In this document: piece after piece, positions 39,433-50,253 of the stretch
Position numbering within the stretch: position 1 is the stretch's first letter
Layout: each line of letters opens with the position of its first letter
Assembly: GCA_029953675.1 (NCBI GenBank)
Contig: JAMWBK010000001.1
Coordinates: 434,001 to 498,000 of the forward strand
Length of the DNA: 64,000 bases
Source: Rhodosorus marinus CCMP1338
Lineage: Eukaryota; Plantae; Rhodophyta
Direction: 5' to 3'
Notes under the pieces: model-generated
What the model was told of the DNA's origin: nothing
The model's input: only the letters and a program-made list of their open reading frames with translations
The model's database searches: none
Translations under genes and position numbers: made by a program

Positions 39433-41773
39433 CTATCTGTCAAACATCGGGTCGTCGGAGTGAACTGAAGACATGTCACTGCCTCCTTCGACGGGATGCA
39501 ATTCCACCTCCTGAGTTCGTCTGAGCCACTGTTCAGTCCTCTCATTCTTGCGCCGCTGCTTCAATTTCTTGTAGCCGAGGATAGACAAGAGGATCATTGC
39601 CGCGAGACATACCAGACCGACGACAATTTCGGCCGTGAGCTTCATAATATCGGCGGCATCTCTATCCAGGTCCACACCAGTACCGGCTTCAACTGACAAG
39701 TGCTCCAAAACAGGCTTTGCGTCGGTTGGCAGAATATCGAATAGAATATGGTCCTTGCTCCGTAGAACATCCAGTTGATCCTTTGCTCGGTCAACATCTT
39801 CCTTGTTTACCGGAAACTTGACCCTGCAATGGAGAAGGCAAATTTTCCAAATACGATTAGTGTGAATTTGAGCCGAAGGGCCAGAAGTTTTCCAGCACTT
39901 ACTCAACAACATTTTCCTCACTCAGACGAGCTCGAAGCAAATCTCGGTCACAGAAAACCAGGTCAGCGACCACGTCACCGACATAGTCAACCAGTTGAGA
40001 CCTCTCATCGTTGACAAGTTCCGTTCTCACTTTGCAGACAATCTGCTTGTAGCCGGGATGAATAGGTTTCAAAGCGAGTTCAGAATTCGGCGACGTGACG
40101 ATCTCGAATTCACCAAGACCTTCCAAAGTTGACCTAGCAAGTTCAGAATATTGTAGTTCAGGAGCCAAGCGTTCCACAGCATTAGCACGCCGTACTTCGC
40201 TCACCTGTACGTCAGCACCTCCCCGCTATTTTGATCAACTGATATTGACGTCAAGGATTTTGGAGCTTTACCAACCTCGACCTGCACACGTTGAACGCAA
40301 AATCAGCAGTTAGCATTTCTGAGGAGCCTTGGCTTCGAGACTAGAAACCACGGAAGGCTGGAGGAGACTAGCACTACCTCTTCGCCTCTCGATGAATATG
40401 CTCTCAGAAACCTCCCAGGTTCGTCAACCATGTACAAAATCCCCACGCTACTGAACATAATCTGCCTGCCAGTGCCGGTCAGAACCTGCCGCCATAGAAC
40501 CTTTCCCCGACGGTTGAGCTTTGCCATGGACGTCCTACCACCACCCGAATACATTGTAATTGGGAACATGTTCGAGTCAATCGTGAGGCCATAAGCGCTC
40601 ATCTCTCGTCCAGAGCTAGAGTCTGCTACCTACACGCCCGAGACAAAAAGGTCAAGAAACAGCAACCGATTTCAGTACAGAAGCCTCCAGCTTCCTTTCC
40701 CAAGCCGAGAAAAGCAATGGCTTGACTGTAACTGCGAACCTCGCTGTCAACAAGCAAGTATTTGTAGGCAGTCGAAATCTTCTTAATCCGTAATTTGAAG
40801 GTCTTTTCAGCTCTGTTGTTCTCCTGACTTAAAACGAAAACGTCTCCATTGGCATCGGCTTCTGCAAACTCAGGAACAACCTGCTCAGATGGGTAAGAAG
40901 GTTCAGACTTGGCCTCATCCTGCTCAGTCAACGCTGTTTCCGCTGTCGAAGGACTAAAGTCGTGAGGCTCACATGAGGTTGTCCAAATGTTGTGCTCCAT
41001 TCAACCTCCAAGTTTCTGGACTGCATCTTGCGTATGATGATGCCTTTGTCCTCATCCACGCTCCAACCAACGGTGAAGAGATGACTGTCTGTGAAGACGA
41101 GTTTTCTTATGGCCTCTCGCTCTGCAGCCATCGAACAAAGAAAAGCACGAGGTCAGTCAGTCTCGAATCGGATCCGGAGTAACTAGGATATAAGGCCGCC
41201 GGCAATGGAGCAGAGCAAACCACTAGGGGGTGCCTCAAATGACTTGTACAAGGCAAACGTCCGGCGGTTGAGCGTCAGAACGACCACGCGTCTTTTCTTG
41301 ATCGTCGCGTCTTTCTGGACAAGGCCAGTTTCAGAATAGCCAGCCAGGTATATAAAATGAGGGTGTGCAACTATCTCAGTGAGTTCGTCGTCTCCGTCTC
41401 CTCCGTCAACAAATACTCTCTCGCCAATGGTTTTGAGATCGGGAGATACCTAAGTTGCCGGCGGAAGTGAACACGTGTAGACACAGTCAGAGGAGAAACT
41501 AGAATATTTCTATGATATCCTAGAGTAGCTCTAGCCCAGGCTGCGATTCAATATTCTATTGATTCTCACCGTCGCAGCGAAAAATTCCCTCCCGGAATTC
41601 TTCGACCTGACCGTTCCCGCAATAAAAATCTCTCCATTGTCCAGAACTGCACGATTCACCAACACCGGGCCAACATCTTTGCCATCCGGGGGGATCTTCA
41701 CCGCCCTCACCCAGGTCAACCAAAAGACAATACAAAAGACAAACCGAATACGCGAATCCTTCCTCACCTCCAT
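39433..41773 (-). CDS. Type I membrane protein: signal peptide, beta-propeller-like (SBBP-like) ectodomain, one TM helix, short cytosolic tail
   Basis: N-terminus MEVRKDSRIRFVFCIVFWLTWVRA; blade-like segments GDDELTEIVAHPHFIYLAGYS, EAIRKLVFTDSHLFTVGWS, AEADANGDVFVL, AYGLTIDSN...AKLNRRGKVLWRQ; TM IVVGLVCLAAMILLSILGY followed by KKLKQRRK. Confidence 0.72.
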
Positions 41774-42319
41774 AACCCACACGCATCTACAGACCCGCCA
41801 ACCATAGAAACAGATCTCCACACAGAAAACGAATCCAACTCCCTTGTCAGACCTCACATGCTTGACACCTCAAACGCCAGAGACAAAATCGATAATCCAT
41901 CATCAACTGCTCCCTGCTCGCTTTCACCCGGACGAACAACTTGCCAACCAAGCACCTCAAGAGTCTGCACTTATTCCTCGCTAGTATACCCAAATCATCA
42001 ACTGCTTCCTCCTTGCCGAGCGAACCCAAACAAGCTACTGACAAAACGTTCAGATATCTCGGAAGACCTCGTGTACAGACCGACTGTGCCGTTTCAGGCT
42101 TCAGTACAGATTAGATTATTGCTAACGATGACAAGGTTGTTTGGATTGAAGGCCACGAAGAGGCATCATCCAAAAACAGAAACGATCTTCAGGCTCTTCG
42201 ACTGATCTCTATTCAACCTTGCTCCTCTAAAAGTGCGTCGCAACTCTTATCGCGCGCAACCGAAATTCTTCTTTATACATGAAAAAAACTGCACCAGCCC
42301 AAAACACCCAAAAACGCAC

Positions 42320-43420
42320 GCTCATATAACAACGGCGTAACCCTGAAGCTCAACCCACCCTCTTCGCACTTCGCGAAGGCGAACTAGCCACTCCCTCAAA
42401 ATAGGTTTTTTTCAAGGGCAGCCCTCCATGAAGCTTTAATTTCCGCTTCTTTGTTCTACAATCACGAGCAAACCCTGAAGTATGATTCGCCCCAGGTCGT
42501 CGTGTTTCTATTGACCGAATTACCCTGAATACTTGTTTCATCTTATCGATGAACTTTTCCAGAACAAAATCGCACAATGAAGTAGTAAGTTGTAGCCAAC
42601 GCGTGAGAACAACACTAGTTTGTTTTTTTTCTTCATTGCACCTCCTAGGGGGTCAGCCGTGGATGAAAGAACAACTACTGAATGAGTGATTCCCTTCCAA
42701 CCTCCACCAGCATCTCCATCCCGGAGCCTACTTCAAAAGAAACAATGTTTGAGTAGTAAATTCAAAGTACGGCCTTCCCACCCTGAACTTTCACATCCAT
42801 GTTGGAAGTAGAAAACCGACAAGTCCTGAAGCATTGGTTAGGGCGACCCTTTCCGGTATTGACCAATTATCCCTGATATATTACTCCGAGTGACACTGTG
42901 CTAGGAATTACGGACTGATCCCTGTGGCGTTCCAACGCTGCTTTATGTTGTTGGACGCGCGTCATCAGCATCTTGTTTCTCGCTTCTCAGGATAGTTAGG
43001 CTCTGAATAAATGGATGATGATGATGATCCTAAATGAATAGCGTAACATATACCTCCCACCCTGAATCATCGTTTTTGTTAGTCCTAGAATCGCGACAAG
43101 GAGCTTGGATGACGGTTGGTATTGACAGACTACCCCTGATGTATTGTTTTGGGTGACATTGTGCTCGTAATTACCAAGTGATTCTGAGTCGGTAGCACCG
43201 GACATACCTCCCCTTGAACTGTCGTTTGCGATAGTACTAGAATGCGCGACAATCCCTGAAGCAGATGCGCTCGTCAGTATCGACAGACGGTACCCCTGAG
43301 GTGTTGCACTGGATTATGCTCACATTCGCAACTACCCTGAAGTGGGATTTCATTAAGATCTAGTTGTTCCGATAAGAACATGTAATCCCTGAAGTGATTT
43401 TTGAGGTGCTGAAAGTGATC
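42320..43420 (-). pseudogene. Decayed repeat-protein coding sequence (S-G-[IV]-[IV]-x-Q-Y and [VI]-Q-G-G repeats)
   Basis: 11 exact CCCTGA copies on the + strand within about 1.05 kb; minus-strand fragments NTSGVVCQY, SNISGIIGQY, ASGIVAH, ASGLVGF, TSGFARD, IQGG and VQGG fall in shifting frames with stops. Confidence 0.5.
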
Positions 43421-43693
43421 GAAAATGTTTTGGAGAAAGGGAAATCATTGGGTGGCCGAGAGACGGAGGTGACGCACTTGGTTTGAGGATGATCCTTGGA
43501 ACTGGACGAAGATTGACCGACCGTGGGTACGGTGGAGGGTAGACGAGGCTTCTGGATTCTGTGCAAAGGTCTTTGAAGTGTTCGGATAACATTTTTTCAT
43601 CTCAACACTGGCGTTTTCATTCGCCTTGTGGTGGTGGAGGGGCGGGGTGGAAGGGCCGCCGTGTGGTTGTCGGTGTGTTCATGGGTGCATGAT

Positions 43694-44623
43694 ATGGAAC
43701 CAGAACTGTCTGTCTTGAGGAAGAAGCAGATCGGGAAAAGTGATGTGGCGGATCAATTGCGAAAGTTTCTTCGTGGGAAAGATGGGTAAGGGACAGGCTG
43801 GGCGGATAATACTTGAGCTTGGATTGGCTGGGTCTGAGGTGTTTAGAGTCCTGGAAGGGATCCTCTTGCTGAATTGCAATAACCTTCCTCTCTGAAATAT
43901 TGAATAGAACCGAAAATGATACGGATCTCTCCCGAAATATTTCAAAGCTTTTGGCAGCCCTTGAAGGTGAGCTTCGTTTCCGCTGCCCCCAGCACTGCTC
44001 GGTTGAATTGATCACATTGTCTTCTTGTTCTCCCATAAATCAGCTGAGGACGACGAAACAACCCCAACAGCTGTATGCTCGGATGAGCTAGCATGGCAAG
44101 ATCCAAAAGTACCAGCAAATGAACAGAGCATCCGGGAAAGCGGCAACGTAGATCGAGAGAAGACTGATGATGATCTCGAGGATGACAATGAGGATCAGGC
44201 AGAAAAATCCTCGGGGAAGGGTCGAACGAAACCGAAGAAGAAAGGATCGAAACTGGAGAAATTGAAGGGCTCAGACAAAGAAGGTACTGGTACCAAAACT
44301 GCTCTTGAATCCAAACCTTCAGCCAAGCTGCAGGTAGACGGTGTCGAGAACGTAGCAAAAAGGGAGTCAAAGAAGAACACTCCTAGTAAGAAGAAGAAAC
44401 GCTCGGAGGGTGAGCCAGTCCACCCGCACTGTAGAGACAGAAGATGCTACTTACCGAGAAACTCGTCAAATTCACCGAAACAGATAGTATGAAGAAGAAA
44501 AAGAAGGAGAAACGTACACCGAAGAAGGACACGGACAAGGAAGCTAAGTTAAAGAGGAGAAAGTCTTCTTCATTGAAGGACGGAGATGATACGTCAAAGA
44601 AAACGAAGAGAAAATCGATGTAG
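43694..44623 (+). CDS. Hypothetical Lys/Glu-rich low-complexity protein, multi-exon
   Basis: Phase-consistent GT-AG exons MEPELSVLRKKQIGKSDVADQLRKFLRGKDG|TENDTDLSRNISKLLAALE|AEDDETTP...KKKKRSEG|...MKKKKKEKRTPKKDTDKEAKLKRRKS...KRKSM*; likely nuclear or nucleolar (inference). Confidence 0.65.
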
Positions 44624-45102
44624 GACAGAGGCAAGGATGCGAACCAACCTTTGATTTTTGTGCTGAGAAAAACGAAACCGAGCGAAGTGGGTGGAGATAG
44701 CGCGACATGTTCTGTATTGGAGTTGGGGACTTTGCAGGCTTGCGACTGCGTACGCTATGCGTGGATCAATCTTCAATCTAGGCAATGTTTTTGGGGGCTA
44801 CGGACGACGCACCTGTCTGCAGTAACCACGGTTACTGTTTGCGAGCTGACTTGACTCGTTCTCGGACTCAGACAAGTGGATAGCTCGTGGGGTATTTATT
44901 CTTTGTAGATCTCGTTGGCGACCAGCCTGTGAATCAATTGTGGATAGGCAGTGCTTTCGAAGCCAGACTGGGGGGTTATTGAGCCCTTCACATGTCAGCC
45001 TTATTCAAGCAGAAGAGTAATTAGGCCGTTTCCGGGGCTTGATTGCCGTTATCCTCCGTTGTATTTGTTGAAGGATCATGCTGATGCTTGTTAGAGATTT
45101 TG

Positions 45103-45853
45103 TCATTCCGATTTTTTCTTCCTCTCGTAAGTGAAGGCTGTTGACCAAGGAACTCCACTGCGCGATAGGAAACAGTTGAGATTTTTGATGAGATCGGAAA
45201 GCCTACGGTTTTTCAGATGAAGCATCTTGTAAACGATCAAGACTGTACCTATCGCGAACTTTGGCCATAACTTGTGTAGGAGATATTGGAGAGGTGAAGG
45301 ACTCGCGCGGATACCCTTCACCGATAAAAACTGGGTTCCACGAGATTTAGCACACGATCAATTGGGAAGGTGGGACAAAAGAAAGAGCGTTAAAACTGAG
45401 AACAGATCTTGGATGTACAATTCACTTGCAAACTTCAATCAACCGCACCTTTCCGTCCATCGATAAAAGCGTAAGCCTTTTCGTACAGCGCACCAACGAA
45501 CTCGACCCTCTCCACCTTTCCATCAGCAAGCGCTTTGTAAAACTCCTTCAGAGACATACTCTCATCCTCAGCAAGAGCGGGTGCCTGAACGTCGGATCGC
45601 GGCGTACGGTTTTTGTTCCAAAAGCATGCATTCTTAGGATCCCATTCTTACACCTGTTCGAAACCTGGAAAAGCATCGTTCGTAATCTCACCTTGAAGAC
45701 CAAGAAGGGCGAAACCAGGACGAGTGATCGTATAAACTCCCTCCGACCAACGTTCGTTTCTGGAGGTTCAGACCTCATACAACATCCTCGGCAACTTGGT
45801 TTCCTCCCAGAGGCTGATCTGGATACCGCCAAGACAAACGATAAATTGTTCAT
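45103..45853 (-). CDS. Thylakoid-lumen-targeted small protein resembling a stand-alone FtsH lumenal (FtsH_ext) domain; 4 exons, 144 aa
   Basis: Exons 45853-45692, 45584-45449, 45330-45249 and 45157-45103 (435 nt, all introns GT-AG, phases consistent) give MNNLSFVLAVSRSASGRKPSCRGCCMRSEPPETNVGRREFIRSLVLVSPFLVFKAPALA-EDESMSLKEFYKALADGKVERVEFVGALYEKAYAFIDGRKVFIGEGYPRESFTSPISPTQVMAKVRDSGVPWSTAFTYERKKKSE*. Confidence 0.8.
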
Positions 45854-46289
45854 GGTGAATACTACCTACCTCCTCAAAAACGGATCGCAAGCTGATTTTG
45901 ATTCCAGAACTTTGAAATAGCTCGTCAATACCTTTCAACAAAGCAATTACAAAGAGCCGGTCTGCCATCCGCGACCAGATGTCCTGCCCAACCCTCTGGC
46001 CTTTCAGTTTCTCAGACCTCTAGCAATGTAGATCGTGGGAGTCGATCTCTGGAAATAAGGACTAGCTATTTCATCTCTCCTAATCTCATTAGAACCATAG
46101 TGGATAGTGTATATATTAGAGCGCTAACGAGTACGGAAGGTTGCTCGTTGATCACTAGCAGGATCCATACGGACTCTCAAGGACAATCTGTCCAAACAAT
46201 AGTCCGTTTTTATTGGTAAATTATCACGTCTCATATGTGAAAACCGGGAAAATTACTGTGAACAAAACCCTGAAGACTATGACGAAAAA

Positions 46290-46754
46290 TTGGAGGAACC
46301 CGAAATCAAGAATATGACGAAACTTACACAAAAACGACGGGATGAAACGAAAGATCTGGAGAAACTTTTTATGTCGAAATATGGGGACGTCTTTGCGGAG
46401 GACATAAAGGACCTGCCACCTTGGCGCAATGTCAATTTTAATATCGATTTGAAACCGGGAGCCGAGCCAATTGCCCAAAGAACGTACCGTATGAGTCTTA
46501 CGGATCAACGAGAACTGAAAGCTCAACTGAACGACCTTTTAAGCAAGAACTTGGTACAACCGAGTTCGTCGCCTTTCGCCTCGCCATGCCTTTTCGTCGA
46601 CAAAAAAGATGGTGGTCGGCGATTGTGCATTGATTATCGAAAGCTGAACCAGGCTACAATCCTCAACAAAACAGCACCACCGAGAATTGACGATTGTTTG
46701 GATACACTCGGTAATGCCATGCTGTGTCATGACACGTGTTGCTTTTCAATTTGA
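46290..46754 (+). mobile_element. Ty3/Gypsy LTR-retrotransposon reverse transcriptase fragment (N-terminal part, truncated)
   Basis: [28 protein letters not shown]...[44 protein letters not shown]...[13 protein letters not shown]; the ORF stops before the YxDD motif; no LTR, gag, RNase H or integrase visible. Confidence 0.92.
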
Positions 46755-46879
46755 TTGATTGCTTTCGCTGAGGTCACGTAGAAAAGAGTCTCGTTGTTGT
46801 CCCTTCCAGAGGACTGGAGTGCGAGTCAGAATATTTGATGACTATCACTTCGAGCATTGACAATAGCGCTAAGACGTGA

Positions 46880-47300
46880 GCGGTTTCAACAGGCGCAGGT
46901 TTCACATCTGGGATGCACCTTCCCCCGCTAAAGGCGCTCGGATCGAAAGTGATCGAGTCAAGGAACCTGAAGTGAAGGTGGTCGTGACCCACCGCGTCGT
47001 GTTCTAGAGACGCAAAATCGCCTCTGGTCTACTGGACGACGGCAATACCGTCCGTGATCTTTGACTAGCAAGCAACCTGTGAATGAGCTCCGGCTATCTA
47101 GTCGCGGCAAAACGATTGGATGGACTTTCGGGAACTGATCAAACAACTTCTTGACATGAAAGAGTGTTTGACTTCATACTCGTCAGCGACATCATTTACT
47201 TTCGTATGTCGATCTGCGCCAGTCCTTGCGGTATGTATGTACTCGCTCTGTGGACTTGCCTGCTACCATATTATACAGTTCGGCGGAAACTCGATCAAGT
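46880..47300 (+). pseudogene. Possible decayed METTL21/Methyltransf_16-like methyltransferase fragment
   Basis: Collinear but frameshifted motifs FHIWDA, VKVVVTH, AKRLD(W) and VFDFILVSDIIYF; motif I (VLELGxG) is not recognisable. Confidence 0.3.
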
Positions 47301-47498
47301 TCGATTGAATTTTGAGAAGTCTCAAACCATCTTCCGCGCAAGAACCACCTGTCCGCGGTTGAGGAGCAGTTGCCAAGCCACTTTCGAAACAGTAGGCGTC
47401 ACATCTCAAACCTCTGAGAGAAAACAGCTCTGCTGAGGATATATAGAGTGGAGATGGGGGTTTGCCTAAGTGAAAAATACTATGGTTGGCTTAGTCAT

Positions 47499-49984
47499 TC
47501 AGCGCTTCATCCTGTTTAGCTCCAGCCATTCGGTCGCCTGTTCCGGAACCCTTGCAATGACAAAAGTGGAAAAGCGTGAGGAAACGCCTACGTCGAAAAG
47601 GGAAGTCTTACTGCGTCTCAAACCTTCTCAGAATCTTCTCAGCCAATCGCCCAAGGTCGTTGTCTACACTCTTCATTGTCGCAAAGGTGAGGCATTTTCG
47701 GGAGGCTTGCTTGTTGCCGCTTCTCGGGGGTACATTCTCATCTCCAAGGAAAAAGGGCTAAACGAAACAAAAAAAATGTAGGAAGCGAACGTCAGCATCA
47801 CAGTGTGTTCCAAAACTCTTCAGGAATGCTGGGTGTGCCCGTACCATTTTGCCGAAGTCCTCGTTCCCAACACCTATGATCACAATACTTATCGGCAACG
47901 GACTGACAGTGTGCACGAGCTTTGACATGAAAGTCTCCCCATCACTTAGAACACCATCGCTTATGATGGTAAGCACCATGTACTGGACCCTCTGAACTCC
48001 GGATTCCATCATTCGACTCAATATGGTAGATGACGTGTCAAGAACCTAATAGAGCACGGGACAAACATCAGAAGATTCGATCTCCAACTTTGCAAAGAAT
48101 TCATCCCGCTGAACCAGTAGCTGCCGATGAAACGACCACTCACGTCTGAAAAGATCGTCGGACCATGCAGCTGAGCATTTGCCACTGACGACTTGTAGGC
48201 ATTGACCAAACCATCCACTCCCTGAACCATGTACCGCTCGGGGACACCGCTCAATGCAAAGCAGTGTGATAAATTATTGTGTGGGGGTATCTTCGCTCCG
48301 AACCCGTACGCCGGAATATAGTCCGTACTGCAAAGAGGGAGCGCAATGTTTCCAATAGTTCGCATCACCGCCTCGTACACGTTTGGTACGCCGGGCACAA
48401 GACTATGCAAGGAACCTTGACGACGGAAGAATTCGACAGGCAATGAGGTTGAAAAGCCCGTCAGAATGATTCAAGCGGAGATTTTCGAATAAGGGGATCG
48501 AATGATCACGCACCTCTTTGGTTTGGATCACCGTTCGATGCTGTGAAGTCCACAGCCATCATCAAATTGAGCTCAATTTCTCCTCGACAAAGACGATCCG
48601 TAAACGATGGTTCGTAGTTTTGAGTGATGGGCCCGAAGAGAAGCCTCCCACCCGGGCTCAGCGACAGCGGAGCTGTGTTATACACCGGTTGGATAAGATG
48701 CTGCATTGTAGAGAAAACACCGCCAATTGTGGTATCTCCCTTTTGTACGCAGAGATAGATCAACCTCTGATCGTTTCCACGATTCAATCGGGCTGAATTG
48801 ACCACGACTTCGAACTCCCCAGCACAGTTGAACCCGCTGCTTTCTAATTCGCCTTCCGCCTGTTCGCCGCTAGGAGGCAGTTGTTCTGAAGAAGGACGCA
48901 TTGGATCGGACATAAACACCTGCTCCGGAGGGCATACGAGATTGTGAGCGGCTCGAGACTCTACACATGGAAGCGTAAGTTCTTCGCTGCAATACCTCAG
49001 TGTAAAAGTCAAGATTGGTCAAGGCACCCGCACTTGCTGATGCAGCTTCTGTGCCCGGCTGAATCTCGTTCAAGTCCGGACTGCGGTAGATGTAGAGCCG
49101 CGGCTCAGTGCTGACAGGTTGCTCTGGCTCATTCGGGCGACTCCTTCTGTGGAAGAGGTTCTTCTTTGGTTTCCTGGAGGTTTTGATCCGCAGGATGCAG
49201 AGAAGCGACTTTTAGTCATTGAACTGGTTCAAGTCTAGGCAAATTTGGAGGAACAATGCTTGAAGTGTCGTACCCGTGAACCAGAGGATCTGAATCTTCT
49301 GGTGTAGGCTCATAGTCTTCATATCGTACCATCATGCGAACCATCCTCCGAGCCGGGTCCACACCAGTAGTCGTGGCAATCAGCACTGTGCCCGGTGACC
49401 GTGGTGATCGCACGTTTACAAGCTGTGCTTTAAACGGGCTTCCCGGTGGTGAAGCGATTACACTATTGTCCAAGAAGCAAAAATTAGGAATAGTCCAGAC
49501 ACGCAAGAAAAGGGGGAAATAAAGCGGCCCCCACAACTCACCTCGCCAAGCGGACGTCTGCAGAACCGATTAGGTTCTGAGGTGACGGCTCTTCCCCATC
49601 GACCCTGCTTTCGAATACGGCAACACGAAGCTCTTGATAGCACTGAAAAATATGATGCACAGCTACAGAACCAGAAAAGTCGGGGTTGGAGCTGGGTGGG
49701 TGAACTTCAGTCCTCCCCACTGCTTTCCAGTCGTGCACGCCGAAGCTTTTCAGATAGACGACAGCGGAAGTCCTCGGAGAATGCCCTTGAAGCCCAATCA
49801 AATCTCGACACAGTATTGTAAGCAGGACTTTCGATCCCTCTTCCTCCTCTTCTGCGGGCTGCCCCAACCCCACTCGATCAGCCTCTAACGGTCGCGACTC
49901 AGCGGCCACGACTCCCTGGGGCGGATTTCCGTACCCGCTATACCCCGGCGCACCACCACCTCCATTAAAAAATCCCGCGTTCAT
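47499..49984 (-). CDS. Copine-family protein (C2 domains plus vWA), divergent, multi-exon
   Basis: C2A VGRTEVHPPSSNPDF...IFQCYQELRVAVF; vWA LNLMMAVDFTASNGDPN..SLH, IPAYGFGAKIPP, LHGPTIFS, YMVLTIISDGVLSD, PLPISIVIIGVGNEDF; last exon VPEQATEWLELNRMKR*. Confidence 0.9.
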
Positions 49985-50226
49985 CAAAAATCCCGCTCAC
50001 AAAACACAAAACCAAACCTTTCCCCCCCCAACCCAAAAACCAAAACCAAATTGCAAACACACTACGCTAGCTCCTACAACGAACAAAAACCTCCAAACCT
50101 CCAAACCAGAACAGAAACAAAACACACTCACAAACACATATATATACACGAATAGATCTCAAAAGCCTCTACTTCAATACCCTCCACGTCTCAAAACAGT
50201 CTAATAGCTTTATCATCCTCCCTGCA

Positions 50227-50253
50227 CCCTCCCCACCCTCCCCCACCCTCCCC
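50227..50253 (-). promoter_or_regulatory. Candidate G-quadruplex about 240 bp upstream of the copine ATG
   Basis: Minus strand ggggagggtgggggagggtggggaggg: six G-tracts of at least 3 G with 1-nt loops (a threefold repeated unit). Confidence 0.5.
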
